Shown in pieces: positions 27,118-41,894 of a stretch of 64,000 nt of DNA; positions within the stretch are counted from its first letter, which is position 1, and the number at the start of each line of letters is the position of its first letter. This DNA is from Mizuhopecten yessoensis (Eukaryota), in the NCBI RefSeq assembly GCF_002113885.1, contig NW_018480038.1, positions 73,823 through 137,822 on the forward strand. Reading direction: 5' to 3'. The notes below the pieces were generated by a model. The model was not told the origin of the DNA. It searched no databases and saw only the letters and a program-made list of their open reading frames with translations. Both the position numbers and the translations under genes were made by a program.

Positions 27118-28430
27118 CAGTAAAGGGAGGGTTCATAAAGAGGACAGTAAGGGGAGGGTTGATAAAGAGGACAGTAAAGGGAGGGTTGTTAAAGAGGACG
27201 GTAAAGGGAGGGTTGCTAAAGAGGACAGTAAAGGGAGGGTTGATAAAGAGGACGGTAAAGGGATGGTTGATAAAGAGGACGGTAAAGGGAGGGTTGATAA
27301 AGAGGACAGTAAAGGGAGGGTTGTTAAAGAGGACAGTAAAGGGAGTGTTGTTAAAGAGGACGGTAAAGGGAGGGTTGATAAAGAGGACAGTAAAGGGAGG
27401 GTTCATAAAGAGGACGGTAAAAGGAGGGTTGATAAAGAGGACAGTAAAGGGAGGGTTGTTACAGAGGACAGTAAAGGGAGGGTTGTTAAAGAGGACTGTA
27501 AAGGGAGGGTTGCTAAAGAGGACAGTAAAGGGAGGGTTGATAAAGAGGACAGTAAAGGGAGGGTTCATAAAGAGGACGGTAAAAGGAGGGTTGATAAAGA
27601 GGACAGTAAAGGGAGGGGTGATAAAGAGGACGGTAAAGGGAGGACAGTAAAGGGAGGGTTGTTGCAGAGGACAGTAAAGGGAGTGTTGTTAAAGAGGACG
27701 GTAAAGGGAGGGTTGATAAAGAGGACAGTAAAGGGAGGGGTGATAAAGAGGACGGTAAAGGGAGGGTAGATAAAGAGGACGGTAAAGGGAGGGTTGATAA
27801 GGAGGACAGTAAAGGGAGGGTTGATAAAGAGGACGGGAAAGGGAGGGTTGATAAAGAGGACGGTAAAGGGAGGGATGATAAAGAGGACGGTAAAGGGAGG
27901 ACAGTAAAGGGAGGGTTGTTGCAGAGGACAGTAAAGGGAGTGTTGTTAAAGAGGACGGTAAAGGGAGGGTTGATAAAGAGGACAGTAAAGGGAGGGGTGA
28001 TAAAGAGGACGGTAAAGGGAGGGTAGATAAAGAGGACGGTAAAGGGAGGGTTGATAAGGAGGACAGTAAAGGGAGGGTTGATAAAGAGGACGGTAAAGGG
28101 AGGGTTGATAAAGAGGACGGTAAAGGGAGGACAGTAAAGGGAGGGTTGTTACAGAGGACAGTAAAGGGAGTGTTGTTAAAGAGGACGGTAAAGGGAGGGT
28201 TGATAAAGAGGACGGTAAAGGGAGGGTTGATAAAGAGGACGGTAAAGGGAGGGTTGATAAAGAGGACGGTAAAGGGAGGGTTGATAAAGAGGACGGTAAA
28301 GGGAGGGTTGATAAAGAGGACGGTAAAGGGAGGGTTGATAAAGAGGACGGTAAAGGGAGGGTTGATAAAGAGGACGGTAAAGGGAGGGTTGATAAAGAGG
28401 ACGGTAAAGGGAGGGTTGATAAAGAGGACA
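27118..28430. repeat. 27-bp purine-rich minisatellite, about 48 units
   Basis: Unit AAGGGAGGGTTGATAAAGAGGACGGTA. A truncated-unit block is repeated at about 27640, 27900 and 28130. Confidence 0.96.
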
Positions 28431-29574
28431 GGACATCAAACCCTATAGTCTAAGTGGTGGAACGGCCACCATGATCATTGTGGACTGGTAAGTGACACGC
28501 CACTCACACACTGTTAGAGTGGTTTCTAGTTATGTTTTTAACGTTATTTGTTTTAAGACATTGCATAACATGTATTAATTGTTGGAAGGTGGGACTCTAA
28601 TAAAATATCTGTATCTGTACAATCATTCTATGAATTTGGAGAAAACTTGATAGATTGCTTAATTCGGCATGTATCTGGTATAGTTTTACTCTCCTTCTTG
28701 GCCGAATCGTTCTCCGTGGAATAGATTATTGCTTTTTGTAAACAAATTCGCAAGAGTGCACAAAACTTTCCCAATAATTTTCGATGATGGGATAACCAAA
28801 ATAACAGAGATTCCAGCCGCGGAAGAATCGAATCTCCGTAACTCTAAGATCAAAAGCAAGAATGTCCTATCCTATTTAAGCGTTGATAACACATTGATGT
28901 TTGATATTAACATCCGTCAGCCGAACACTTTAAAAAATGACCCCCGTTTTATTGGTCCATATTACAGTCATTTTATACCGTATGAAATCTCGGACGATGA
29001 TCCTGTCGGCCTGTCGGCCTGTCGTTAACGCCAGTGTCACTTCCAATATGGGTTTAGTTGCCCCGGTGTCGGATGCGTGTCGTCTGCTCCAGGTATCTTT
29101 CACTGACGTGTATTCCCTTTCATAAGACGATGCGTATTTGTTTTCATTGAAACTTTTAAAATTCCAGCCCTCTGTCACATGCGTGAAGGCTTGACCTGGT
29201 CGGAGACGGAAAGTCTTTTCTTTTCATGGACAATATGTTCTGTCTCTCAAGTGTCCGGGTTTATATTTCTTTACACGAGAAGAATATCTTATTGGAAATG
29301 TAATTGAAAAACCCTTCTATATGATACTGCCATTCTTTATATTGAGATAATGTGGACCGAAAATTGTAAGCTTTCGGTATACCTGAACAACTTGGGCAGA
29401 AATTGATAACGAATATATTGACGGTGACAATGGTATTCTTATTCACGTAAACGGAAATTGACTGTGTAGAGATAACAACAACCACACAACCATTACGATT
29501 TTTTATTACATTAAACATAAACACAGACTGATATAAATAGGCGGAAGAGGCAGAGAACAGTTGGACTGACTTTA

Positions 29575-32500
29575 TACAGAGTTCGAGAAGGGGTGCTGGC
29601 TATAGACCGAGTTCGGGAAGGGGTGCTGGCTATAGACTGAGTTCGGGAAGGGGTGTTGGCTATAGACGGAGTTCGTGAAGGGGTGCTGGCTATAGACCGA
29701 GTTCGTGAATTGATGTTGGCTATAGACCGAGTTCGTGAAGGGGTGCTGGCTATAACCGAGATCGGAAAGGGGTGCTGGCTATAGGCTGAATTCGTGAATG
29801 GGGTGCTGGCTATGGACCGAGTTCGTAAATTGGTGCTGGCTATAGACCGAGTTCGGAAAGGGGTGCTGGCTATAGACCGAGTTCGTGAATAGGTGCTGGC
29901 TATAGACCGAGTTTCGTGAATTGGTGCTGGCTATAGACCGAATTCATGAATTGATGCTGGCTATAGACTGAGTTCGTGAAGGGGTGTGGCTATAGACCGA
30001 GTTCGTGAATTGGTGCTGGCTATAGGTCGAGTTCGTGAATTGCTGCTGGCTATAGACCGAGTTCGTGAAGGGGTGCTGGCTATAGGCGGAGTTCGGAAAG
30101 GGGTGCTGGCTATAGGCTGAGTTCGTGAATGGGTGCTGGCTATAGGCGAGATCGGAAAGGGGTGCTGGCTATAGACTGATTTTGTGAAGGGGTGTTGGCT
30201 ATAGACGGAGTTCGTGAAGGGGTGCTGGCTATAGACTGAGATCGTGAATGGGTGCTGGCTATAGACTGATTTTGGGAAGGGGTGCTGGCTATAGACTGAG
30301 ATCGTGAATGGGTGCTGGCTATAGACCGAGTTAGGAAAGGGGTGCTGGCTATAGACCGAGTTCGGGAATGGGTGCTGGCTATAGACCGAGTTCGTGAATG
30401 GGTGCTGGCTATAGGCTCGTGAAGGGGTGCTGGCTATAGACCGAGTGAGTTCGTGAATGAGGTGCTGGCTATGGACCGAGTTCGTAAATTGGTGCTGGCT
30501 ATAGACCGAGTTCGTGAATGGGTGCTGGCTATAGACCGAGTTCGTGAATTGGTGCCGGCTATAGACCGAATTCGTGAATTGATGCTGGCTATAGACCGAG
30601 TTCGTGAAGGGGTGCTGGCTATAGACCGAGTTCGTGAATGGGTGCTGGCTATAGGCGAGAGCGGAAAGGGGTGCTGGCTATAGGCTGAGTTCGTGAATGA
30701 GGTGCTGGCTATGGACCGAGTTCGTAAATTGGTGCTGGCTATAGACCGAGTTCGTGAAGGGGTGCTGGCTATAGGCGGAGTTCGGAAAGGGGTGCTGGCT
30801 ATAGGCTGAGTTCGTGAATGGGGTGCTGGCTATAAACTGAGTTCGGAAAGGGGTGCTGGCTATAGACTGAGTTTGGGAAGGGGTGTTGGCTTTAGACGGA
30901 GTTCGTGAAGGGGTGCTGGCTATAGACTGAGTTCGTGAATGGGGTGCTGGCTATAGACCGAGTTCGTGAATGGGGTGCTGGCTATAGACCGAGTTCGGAA
31001 AGGGGTGCTGGCTATAGACCGAGTTCGTGAATGGGTGCTGGCTATAGACCGAGTTCGTGAATTGGTGCAAAGGGGTGCTGGCTATAGACCGAGTTTGCTG
31101 GCTATAGACCGAGTTCGTGAATTGATGTTGGCTATAGACCGAGTTCGTGAAGGGGTGCTGGCTATAGGCGAGATCGGAAAGGGGTGCTGGCTATAGGCTG
31201 AATTCGTGAATGGGGTGCTGGCTATGGACTGAGTTCGTAAATTGGTGCTGGCTATAGACCGAGTTCGTGAAGGGGTGCTGACTATAGACTGAGTTAGGGA
31301 AGGGGTGCTGGCTGTTGACCGAGTTCGTGAATTGGTGCTGGCTATAGACCGAGTTCGGAAAGGGGTGCTGGCTATAGACCGAGTTCGTGAATGGGTGCTG
31401 GCTATAGACCGAGCTCGTGAATTGGTGCTGGCTATAGACCGAATTTGTGAATTGATGCTTGCTATATACTGAGTTCGTGAAGGGATATGGCTATAGACCG
31501 AGTTCGTGAATTGGTGCTGGCTATAGACCGAGTTCGTGAATTGGTGCTGGCTATAGACCGAATTCGTGAATTGATGCTGGCTATAGACCGAGTTCGTGAA
31601 GGGGTGCTGGCTATAGGCGAGATCGGAAAGGGGTGCTGGCTATAGGCTGAGTTCGTGAATGGGGTGCTGGCTATGGACCGAGTTCGTAAATTGGTGCTGG
31701 CTTTAGACCGAGTTCGGAAAGGGGTGCTGGCTATAGACCGAGTTAGTGAATGGGTGCTGGCTATAGACCGAGTTCGTGAATTGGTGCTGGCTATAGACCG
31801 AATTCGTGAATTGATGCTGGCTATAGACCGAGTTCGTGAAGGGGTGTGGCTATAGACCGAGTTCGTGAATTGGTGCTGGCTATAGACCGAGTTTGTGAAT
31901 TGATGCTGGCTATAGACTGAGTTCGTGAAGGGGTGCTGTCTAGGCGGAGTTCGGAAAGGGGTGCTGGCTATAGGCTGAGTTCGTGAATGGGGTGCTGGCT
32001 ATAAACTGAGTTCGGAAAAGGGTGCTGGCTATGGACTGAGTTTGGGAAGGGGTGTGGCTATAGACCGAGTTCGTGAATTGGTGCTGGCTATAGACCGAGT
32101 TCGTGAATTGATGCTGGCTATATACCGAGTTCGTGAAGGGGTGCTGGCTATAGGCGGAGTTCTAGACCGAGTTCGCTATAGACTGAGTTCGCGTGAATGG
32201 GGTCCTGGCTATAAACTGAGTTCGGAAGGGGTGCTGGCTATAGACTGAGTTTGGGAAGGGGTGTTGGCTGTAGACGGAGTTTGTGAAGGGGTGCTGGCTA
32301 TAGACCGAGTTCGTGAATGGGTGCTGGCTATAGACCGAGTTCGTGAAGGGGTGTTGGCTATAGACCGAGTTCGTGAATTGATGCTGGCTATAGACCGAGT
32401 TCGGAAAGGGGTGCTGGCTATATACCGAGTTCGTGAAGGGGTGCTGGCTATAGACTGAGTTCGGAAAGGGGTGCTGGCTATAGACCGAGTTCGGAAAGGG

Positions 32501-32590
32501 GTGCTGGCTATAGACTGAGTTCGTGAATGAGTGCTGGCTATAGACCGAGTTCGTGAAGGGGTGCTGGCTATAGGCTGAGTTCGTGAAGGG
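29575..32590. repeat. 30-bp minisatellite, about 100 units
   Basis: Unit GAGTTCGTGAAGGGGTGCTGGCTATAGACC, with frequent +/-1 bp variants. Confidence 0.97.
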
Positions 32591-33379
32591 TATAAAATAC
32601 ATAGTAAGATCAGAGGTCAAGGTCACTGGTTTTTCATCACTACTATGGAGTACAATGTATATGTGTCCATGATATAACTCTCAACCATCGGCTATCTGTA
32701 ATGAGGCACTCTTTGATGATACATATTGGCAGGTTTGGATGAATGTGACCGCTGAAAAAATATCTGGCGCACGCATGGCATCCTTGCATACATATGGTAC
32801 CACAACAAGTACCTCACCAGAAGCATTCCTATGGAACATTTAAATGTTTGTAGGAGGAAGGGAAGCTCCGATGGCAACGCATTGTGGCGGACACGCTCGA
32901 CCCACCATCAAAACATCGCAATTTGTTGTCTAAGTAAATAACACATCCGCCATTCCTCTGGCCTTGTAAGTTGCAGAAACCCCGTGCCAAAAGTGTAAGT
33001 GAGAACCATAAAATGGAATTCCACCTGAGCTTATGAAGGTATTTCTTGGTTATCTTTAGAAAGTTTATCCATTATCCTTTGAACTTTGGAGCTGGAAACT
33101 TGTCAAGTATGTTTGTAGTTTGTGAGTTGATCTGTTGTAATACGGTATTCCGCGTCCTTTTTACACCTCTCTACACTTATTGTCTCGTATTCCTTAATTC
33201 TGCACCACAGATGTTACTGGCAGGTTGACATCTGGTCCGTAAATGTGTTCATTGTTTTTCATTTTTCATTTTGTTTTATAACGCGCACTATCCTTCCAAT
33301 TAATGAAGAATCGATCTCTCCTTTGAAGAGATTTTTATGTCCTAGTCGCATTTTTCCTTTTTGGCAACAGTAGATTCTC

Positions 33380-33505
33380 ACATCCCTTTTTATCAAAACA
33401 AAGACCCCTCCAATCATGTGTCTTATGATCTTACTGTGAGAACCCATTTAATCTGTATCTTATCATGTCAGCGCTAATGAAATGAGATCTATTTATATCC
33501 TACAT
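33380..33505 (-). mobile_element. Possible very old LINE apurinic-endonuclease remnant
   Basis: The minus frame reads IDLISLALT**...RHMIGGVFVLIK, loosely like the DIIxLTETW...R..GGGVxILIK motifs. Several stops are present. Confidence 0.3.
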
Positions 33506-33554
33506 TTGTCATATTTCCAAATTGAGCGATTTCTTTGGATACTATCGCTGTCGC

Positions 33555-33636
33555 GTATGTAGATTACGACATTAACCATAGGCCGGATTGTGGTATGTAG
33601 ATTACGACATTAACCATAGGCCGGATTTCGGTATGT
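33555..33636. repeat. 38-bp tandem duplication
   Basis: GTATGTAGATTACGACATTAACCATAGGCCGGATT occurs at 33555 and 33593. Confidence 0.9.
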
Positions 33637-34982
33637 GCAAATTACGTCAGAATATAACCAGATTATGGTTATCGTCCTTTAAATAGCGTGCCAATTAAGG
33701 AAGGTTAAAATCTGACTTTCAAACGTTCTCCTTTTTATTTACACACGAGTATATCAGATAGTAGATAAACACGTCACAAACTCGTCCAAAAAAACGGATA
33801 CGCTATTGTATTTGATTGGATTTCAAGATTCAGCTAAAGATACGCATAACGACCTTTGTACCTAGCGTTATAAACACTGGCACCGTGTATCTCGTCCTCA
33901 TAAGGTCATCGCTAGGTACTGCTGAAAATACATACTCTCAGTTCGTCAGGTTGTCTTTTCATAAATTTCTTTTTCTTAAAATTTTGCGGGTTTTTGTTTT
34001 GTATTGAAATTTATGTTATTGGTATTGTAATCATGTATATTTGTATTTACAAGTTTTATGGATTATTTTTTTGATGATTTCTTCCTTTTTATTGAAATTG
34101 TGTCTTTTTTTACCAAATGTAATGCTACTGCTGTCTCCAAAGCCTCATTACCTATTAGTTTGTTTCAGCGACCACATTCCATCATATCGAAGGTCAGTGA
34201 TTGGTATGTACGTGATGACCACTCGTACCAGTGTATGCGGCATGTGTTTACCTTCGATATTAGTCATTAGTAAATGTTCTTGATTTTTGCCATCAAACTT
34301 CTCTTAGAACTATTTGACGCCACCCCTCCCTCAACCCAGCGGTGATCGGCGATCCCATTCTTTACAAGATAAAAATACCACGGCATTAATGAGACAAGTA
34401 TGTTTGTAATCGTTAGACTATTTCTAACATTATGAATAATAACCTACGTTCTGCCCCCTTACAAAAATATCGAAATAGGCAGAAACACCAGTGAAGACGG
34501 TCCGGAAGTTGTTTTTGATGTTAGGAGGTTTGTCAGTAGACATTCCTGGTAATACCGGCACTATACGTGATAGGTACAGCCTTAACGCTCCGCGCCAAAC
34601 TATCTCGACCATTCTTAATTCTTTACAAATTTACACCCGGGCACTAATTGCTCATAATCACAGCCGTCTAAAGCTAGGGCAGCTTCAAATGAGATACGGT
34701 GTTTTATGGAATTATAGGTATTTCACGGAATTACAGGTATTTTATGAATTCCAGGTGTGAAGTGTTTGTGATCGTTGCACTCTCTGAAATATCCAGAATA
34801 CCATATATAACTAGAATATCTAAAGTAGCTGGAGGATTTCTGATTAAATTGGATAAAATGAATGTTTCCTATCAGGAATTCCTGGTATTCTATTCGGCGG
34901 TATCACTAAACTAATAGGTTCAGATCTCACAGCCAACAGGTCACTTTATAGTATTGTTTTATATTAGATTATATGCCACTGC

Positions 34983-37790
34983 GAACCCCTTCATCAACAT
35001 TCACATCGCGAATCCCTTGCACAACATTCACATCGCTAATCCCTTCCTCAACTTTCACATCGTTTAACTCTTCCTCAACATTCACATGGCTAATCCCTTC
35101 TTCAACATTCACATCGCTAAATCCCTTCCTCAACATTCACATAGCTAATCCCTTCCTCAACATTCACATAGCTAATCCCTTCCCCAACATTAACATCGCT
35201 AATCCCTTCCTCACCATTCACATGGCTAAACCCTTCTTCAACATTGACCTAGGTAAATCCTTTCCTCACCATTCACATGGCTAAACCCTTCTTCAACAAT
35301 CACAAGGCTAATCCCTTCTTCAAAATTCACATGGCTAACCCTTTCCTCAATGTTTAGTTGGCTAACCCCTTCTTAAACATCCACATGGCTAACCCCTTAT
35401 TCAACATTCACATGTCTAATCCCTTCTTCAACAATAACATGGCTAAACCCTTCTTCAACATTGACATAGCTAAATCCTTCCCTCAACATTCACATTGCTA
35501 ATACCTTCTTCAACATTCTCATTGCTAACCCCTTCTTCAACCATCACATGGCTAACCCCGTCTTCAACAATCACATAGCTAATCCCTTCCTCAACTTTCA
35601 CATGGCTAACCCCGTCTTCAACATTCACAAGGCTAACCCCTTCTTCAAGATTCACATTGCTAATTTTTTAATCAACATTCACATGGCTCACCCCTTCTTC
35701 AACTTTCACATCGTTTAGCTCTTCCTCAACATTCACATAGCTAACCCCTTCCTCAACTTTCACAGCGTTTAACTCTTCCTCAACATTCTCATGGCTAATC
35801 CCTTATTCAACAATCACATGGATAATCCCTTCTTCAACTTTCACATCGTTTAACTCTTCCTCAACATTCTCATGGCTAATCCCTTATTCAACAATCACAT
35901 GGATAATCCCTTCTTCAAAATTCACATTGCTAATCCCTTCTTCAACATTCACATGGCTAACCCCTTCTTCAACATTGACATAGCTAAATCCTTTCCTCAA
36001 CATTCACATGGCTAACCCCTTCCTCAACATTCACATGGCTAACCCCTTATTCAACATTCACATGGCTAATCCCTTCTTCAACATTCACATGGCTAACCCC
36101 TTCATCAACATTGTCATAGCTAAATCCTTTCCTCAACATTCACATGGCTAACCCCTTCCTCAACATTCACATTGCTAATCCCTTCTTCAACTTTCACATC
36201 GCTTATCCCTTCCTCAACACTCACATGGCTAACCCCTTCTTCAACATTCACATTGCTAATCACTTCTTCAACATTCACATCGCTAATCCCTTCCTCAACA
36301 TTCACATAGCTAACCCCTTCTTCAACATTCACATCGCTAATCCCTTCTTTAACTTTCACATCGCTTATCCCTTCCTCAACATTCACATGGCTAACCCCTT
36401 CCTCAACATTCACATGGCTAACCCCTTATTCAACATTCACATGGCTAATCCCTTCTTCAACAATCACATGGCTAATCCCTTCTTCAACATTCACATTGCT
36501 AACCCCTTCTTCAACATTCACATTGCTAACCCCTTCTTCAACATTCACATTGCTAACCCCTTCTTCAGCATTCACATTGCTAATCCCTTCTTCAACATTC
36601 ACATAGCTAATCCCTTCCTCAACATTCACATTGCTATTCCCTTCCTCAACATTCACATCGCTAATCCCTTCTTCAACATTCACATCGCTTATCCCTTCCT
36701 CAACATTCACATGGCTAACCCCTTCCTCAACATTCACATTGCTAATCCCTTCTTCAACTTTCACATCGCTTATCCCTTCCTCAACACTCACATGGCTAAC
36801 CCCTTCTTCAACATTCACATTGCTAACCCCTTCTTCAGCATTCACATTGCTAATCCCTTCTTCAACATTCACATCGCTAATCCCTTCCTCAACATTTACA
36901 TCGCTAATCCCTTCCTCAACATTCACACCGCTAATCCCTTCCTCAACATTCACATGGCTCACCACTTCTTCAACATTCACATTGCTAATCCCTTCTTCAA
37001 CATTCACATCGCTAATCCCTTCTTCAACTTTCACATCGCTTATCCCTTCCTCAACATTCACATGGCTAACCCCTTCTTCAACATTCACATCGCTAATCCC
37101 TTCCTCAACATTTACATTGCTAATCCTTTCCTCAACATTCACATGGCTAATCCCTTCCTCAACATTCACATCGCTAATCCCTTCTTCGACATTCACATCG
37201 CTAAATCCCTTCCTCAACATTGACATAGCTAACCCCTTCTTCAACATTCAAATCGCTTATCCCTTCCTCAACATTGACATAGCTAATCCCTTCCTCAACA
37301 TTAACATCGCTAATCCCTTCCTCAACATTCACATCGCTAATCCCTTCCTCAACACTAACATCGCTAATCCCTGCCGAAACATTCACATCGTTAATTACTT
37401 GCTCAACTTTTACATTGTTCATCCCTTCCTCGACTTACACATCGTTAATTACTTGCTCAACTTTTACATTGTTCATCCCTTCCTCGACTTACACATCGTT
37501 AATTACTTCCTTAACTTTTACATTGTTAATCCCTTCCTCAACATTGACATAGCTAATCCCTTCCTCAACATTCACATTGCTATTCCCTTCCTCAACATTC
37601 ACATCGCTAATCCCTTCCGAAACATTCACATCGCTAATCCCTTCCGAAACATTCACATCGTTAATTACTTCCTCAACTTTTACATTGTTAATCCCTTCCT
37701 CGACTTACACATCGTTAATTACTTCCTCAACTTACACATCGTTAATTACTTCCTCAACTTTTACATTGTTAATCCCTTCCTCAATTCCAA
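34983..37790. repeat. 27-bp pyrimidine-rich minisatellite, about 100 units
   Basis: Unit TTCAACATTCACATCGCTAATCCCTTC, the source of the (NPFFNIHIA)n and (NVEEGISDV)n ORFs. It has a degenerate tail to about 38000 and occasional +1 bp units. Confidence 0.96.
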
Positions 37791-38289
37791 CATGTCTGAT
37801 ACATTCTTCAAACGTCATGCCTCTAATGTTATTCCAAGCCCTTCCCTAGATTCACACCCGTTATCTGTTTCTCAAATTCATTTCGTATTATATCCTAATA
37901 TGCCATCCATAACTGTTACATAACAAATCCCTTCCTCAACTTACAAATGATTTATCCTTTTCGTAAAATTTCACACGCAAATCTCTATCCTCAGTCTGCA
38001 TAATGAAGTATTCTCTACTCGATGTGTTCTTGCAGTCGCGAGAAAATAAATACGGTTGACTGAAATCGTGTTATCAGGGATATCTACCGACAACAACCGT
38101 GACTTGGTGGTGTAAATATAGACGTGAAAAAATGTAGAAAAAATAATTAAACTTAAGTGTTTGATCCACGGTCCCAGCCAATAGCATTCGAGGTTCTCAA
38201 GTTTCGGTATTTTATTGATGGTTTACAGAGCTTAAATAGAAACAAACACAAAACGTGATGGACATGTTATCGACACAAATACAAGTTAT

Positions 38290-41200
38290 TGGAACAGCCT
38301 GTAATTACACTGGTGTGTTGTAGTTCCTGGAATAGCCTATAATTACACTGGTGTGTAGTAGTTACTTTAATATTTTGTAATTTCTTAAAAAGCCAGTAAT
38401 AACACTACCGTTTAGTAGTTTCTGTAATTGTATGATATACCACTATTTCTTTTAGTTAATGGAATAGCCAGTTATAACACTATTAGAATATCTTGGTCCG
38501 GTATTACGCTGGTCTGTAGTAGTGCTAGGATATATTAGAATATCTTGGTCCGGTATTACACTGGTCTGTAGTAGTGATTGGATATATTAGAATATCTTGG
38601 TCCGGTATTACACTGGTCGGTAATAGTGACTGGACAGATTAGAATATCTTGGTCCGGTATTACGCTGGTCTGTAGTAGTGATTGGATATATTAGAATATC
38701 TTGGTCCGGTATTACACTGGTCGGTAGTAGTGACTGGATATATTAGAATATCTTGGTCCGGTATTACACTGGTCTGTAGAAGTGACTGGATATATTAGAA
38801 TATATTGGTCTGGTTATAACACTGATCTGTAGTAGTGACTGGATATATTGCATTTGTAGAATATCCTGGCCCGGAATTTCACTGGTCTGTAGTAGTGACT
38901 GGATATATTAGAATATCCTGGCCCGGTATTACACTGGTCTGTAGAAGTGACGGTATATATTATAATCTATTGGTCCGGTATTACACTGGTCTGTAGTAGT
39001 GACTGGATATATTAGAATATCTTGGTCCAGTATAACACTGGTCTGTAGAAGTGACTGGATATGTTAGAATATCCTGGCCCGGTATTGCACTGTCTGTAGT
39101 AGAGACTGGATACATTAGAATATCTTGGTTCGGTGTATTACACTGGTCTGTAGTAGTGACTGGATATATTAGAATTTCTTGGTTCGGTATTGCACTGGTC
39201 TGTAGTAGTGACTGGATATATTAGAATATCTTGGTCCGATATAACACTGGTCTGTAGTAGTGACTGGATACATTAAAATATCTTGGTCCGGTATTACACT
39301 GGTTTGTAGTAGTGACGGTATATATTATAATCTATTGGTCCTGTATAACACTGATCTGTAGAAGTGACGGTATATATTATAATCTATTGGTCCGGTATTA
39401 CACTGGTGTGTAGAAGTGACGGTATATATTATAATCCATTGGTCCGGTATAACAATGGTCTGTAGAAGTGACGGTATATATTAATATCTATTGGACAACT
39501 ATAACACTGGTCTGTAGAAGTGACGGTATAGTCTGTAGTAGTGATTGGATATATTAGAATATCTTGGTCCGGTATTACACTGGTCTGTAGAAGTGACGGT
39601 ATATATTAATATCTGTTGGTCAACTATAACACTGGTCTGTAGAAGTGACGGTATATATTATAGTCTATTGGTCCGGTATAACAATGGTCTGTAGAAGTGA
39701 CGGTATATATTAATATCTATTTGTCAACTATAACACTGGTCTGTAGAAGGGACGGGATATATTATAATCTATTTGTCCGGTATTACACTGGTCTGTAGAA
39801 GTGACGGTATATATTAATATCTGTTGGTCAACTATAACACTGGTCTGTAGAAGTGACGGTATATATTAATATCTATTTGTCAACTATAACACTGGTCTGT
39901 AGAAGGGACGGGATATATTATAATCTATTTGTCCGGTATTACACTGGTCTGTAGAAGTGACGGTATATATTATTATCTATTGGTCCGGTATAACACTGGT
40001 CTGTAGTAGTGACGGTATATTGACGGTATATATTATAATCTATTGGTCCGGGATTACACTGGTCTGTAGAAGTGACGGTATAGTCTGTAGTAGTGATTGG
40101 ATATATTAGAATATCTTGGTCCGGTATTACACTGGTCTGTAGAAGTGACGGTATATATTATCCATTGGTCCGGTATAACACTGGTCTGTAGAAGTGACGG
40201 TATATATTAATATCTATTGGTCAACTATAACACTGGTCTGTAGAAGTGACGGTATATATTATAATCTATTGGTCAGGTATAACACTGGTCTGTAGAAGCG
40301 ACGGTATATATTAATATCTATTTGTCAACTATAACACTGGTCTGTAGAAGGGACGGGATATATTATAATCTATTTGTCCGGTATAACACTGGTCTGTAGA
40401 AGCGACGGTATATATTAATATCTATTTGTCAACTATAACACTGGTCTGTAGAAGTTACGGTATATATTATAATCTATTGGTCAGGTATAACACTGGTCTG
40501 TAGAAGCGACGGTATATATTAATATCTATTGGACAACTATAACACTGGTCTGTAGAAGTTACGGTATATATTATAATCTATTGGTCCGTTATTACACTGG
40601 TCTGTAGTAGTGACGGTATATATTATAATCTATTGGTCCGGTTTTACACTGGTTTGTAGTAGTGACGGTATATTTTATAATCTATTGGTCCGGTTTTACA
40701 CTGGTCTGTAGTAGTGACGGTATATATTATAATCTATTGGTCCGGTATAACACTGGTCTGTAGTAGTGACGGTATATAGTACAATCTATTGGTCCGGTTT
40801 TACACTATTCTGTAGTAGTGTCGGTATATATTATAATCTATTGGTCCGGTTTTACACTGGTTTGTAGTAGTGACGGTATGTTTTATAATCTATTGGTCCG
40901 GTTTTACACTGGTCTGTAGTAGTGACGGTATATATTATAATCTATTGGTCCGGTATAACACTGGTCTGTAGAAGTGACGGTATATATTATAATATATTGG
41001 TCCGGTATTACACTGGTCTGTAGTAGTGACGGTATATATTATTATCTATTGGTCCGGTATAACACTGGTCTGTGTTAGTGACGGTACATATTATTATCTA
41101 TTGGTCCGGTATAACACTGGTCTGTAGTAGTGACTGGACAGATTACAATATCTTGGTCCGGTATTACACTGGTCTGTGGAAAATAACTGGAAACATTAGA

Positions 41201-41300
41201 ATATCTTGGTCCGGTATAACACTGGTCTGTATTAGTGACTGGATATATTAGAGTCTCTTGGTCCGGTATTACACTGGTCTGTATATAGTTACTGAATATA
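38290..41300. repeat. 52-bp minisatellite with two sequence subtypes
   Basis: Subtype A ...GACTGGATATATTAGAATATCTTGGTCC and subtype B ...GACGGTATATATTATAATCTATTGGTCC share GGTATTACACTGGTCTGTAG. Confidence 0.95.
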
Positions 41301-41894
41301 TAACCATTTTTTGGTAAAGTATAATAACACGGTATGTCACAGTATACAACATTCTGTGTTTTGACTTGGGATATTAATCACTCAATGATAAGGAAGCTGA
41401 TTCCGGCTTTGGTAATATTTGGTTAACTTGCACCTGTACCAGAGGTCGTGTCGCTAGGGGGATGCGATGTACACAGGTTATCGGGACTGGTTGATACTGT
41501 CTTGTCTCGGTATTCAGGTATTACATATATCGAATTTACGTAATTGGATAAGTTCGTTTTACTAGTTTCAACAAAGGACGATAAAAACTATCGTGAACCG
41601 ACATATCCAGTGTATCTTTATTCGATATCAAACAGATAAAAGACCCGACATGCAAATCGGTTATCTCCCTATTTCTAATTTAACATCCTCAGATTGCAAT
41701 AAAAATCATGAAAAAATGTGGGTGGTTTCTATTACCAGCTATTTCTAAAGCAATAAGTCACTGAAACGATCTTAGTCACTAGTTAAGTTTGATTTGCTGA
41801 TTGATGACAAATATGTTGTCATGGTTAAAAGTCTCCCCGTCAACCTCGTGGGACGTTAATGGGTCCCTTCATATCCCTCCACACAAGTCACAAG

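Noticed and set aside
26966-28448. (KEDGKGRVD)n and (KRTVKGGLI)n ORFs
   Set aside because: They are products of a 27-bp array with frameshifting truncated units and stops, open in several frames
28620-29530. Cluster of short ORFs as a decayed gene or transposon
   Set aside because: Manual translation gave no recognisable motif. A translated database search is needed
36120-37923. (NPFFNIHIA)n and (NVEEGISDV)n ORFs
   Set aside because: These are minisatellite translations. +1 bp units break the frames, and three frames are open simultaneously
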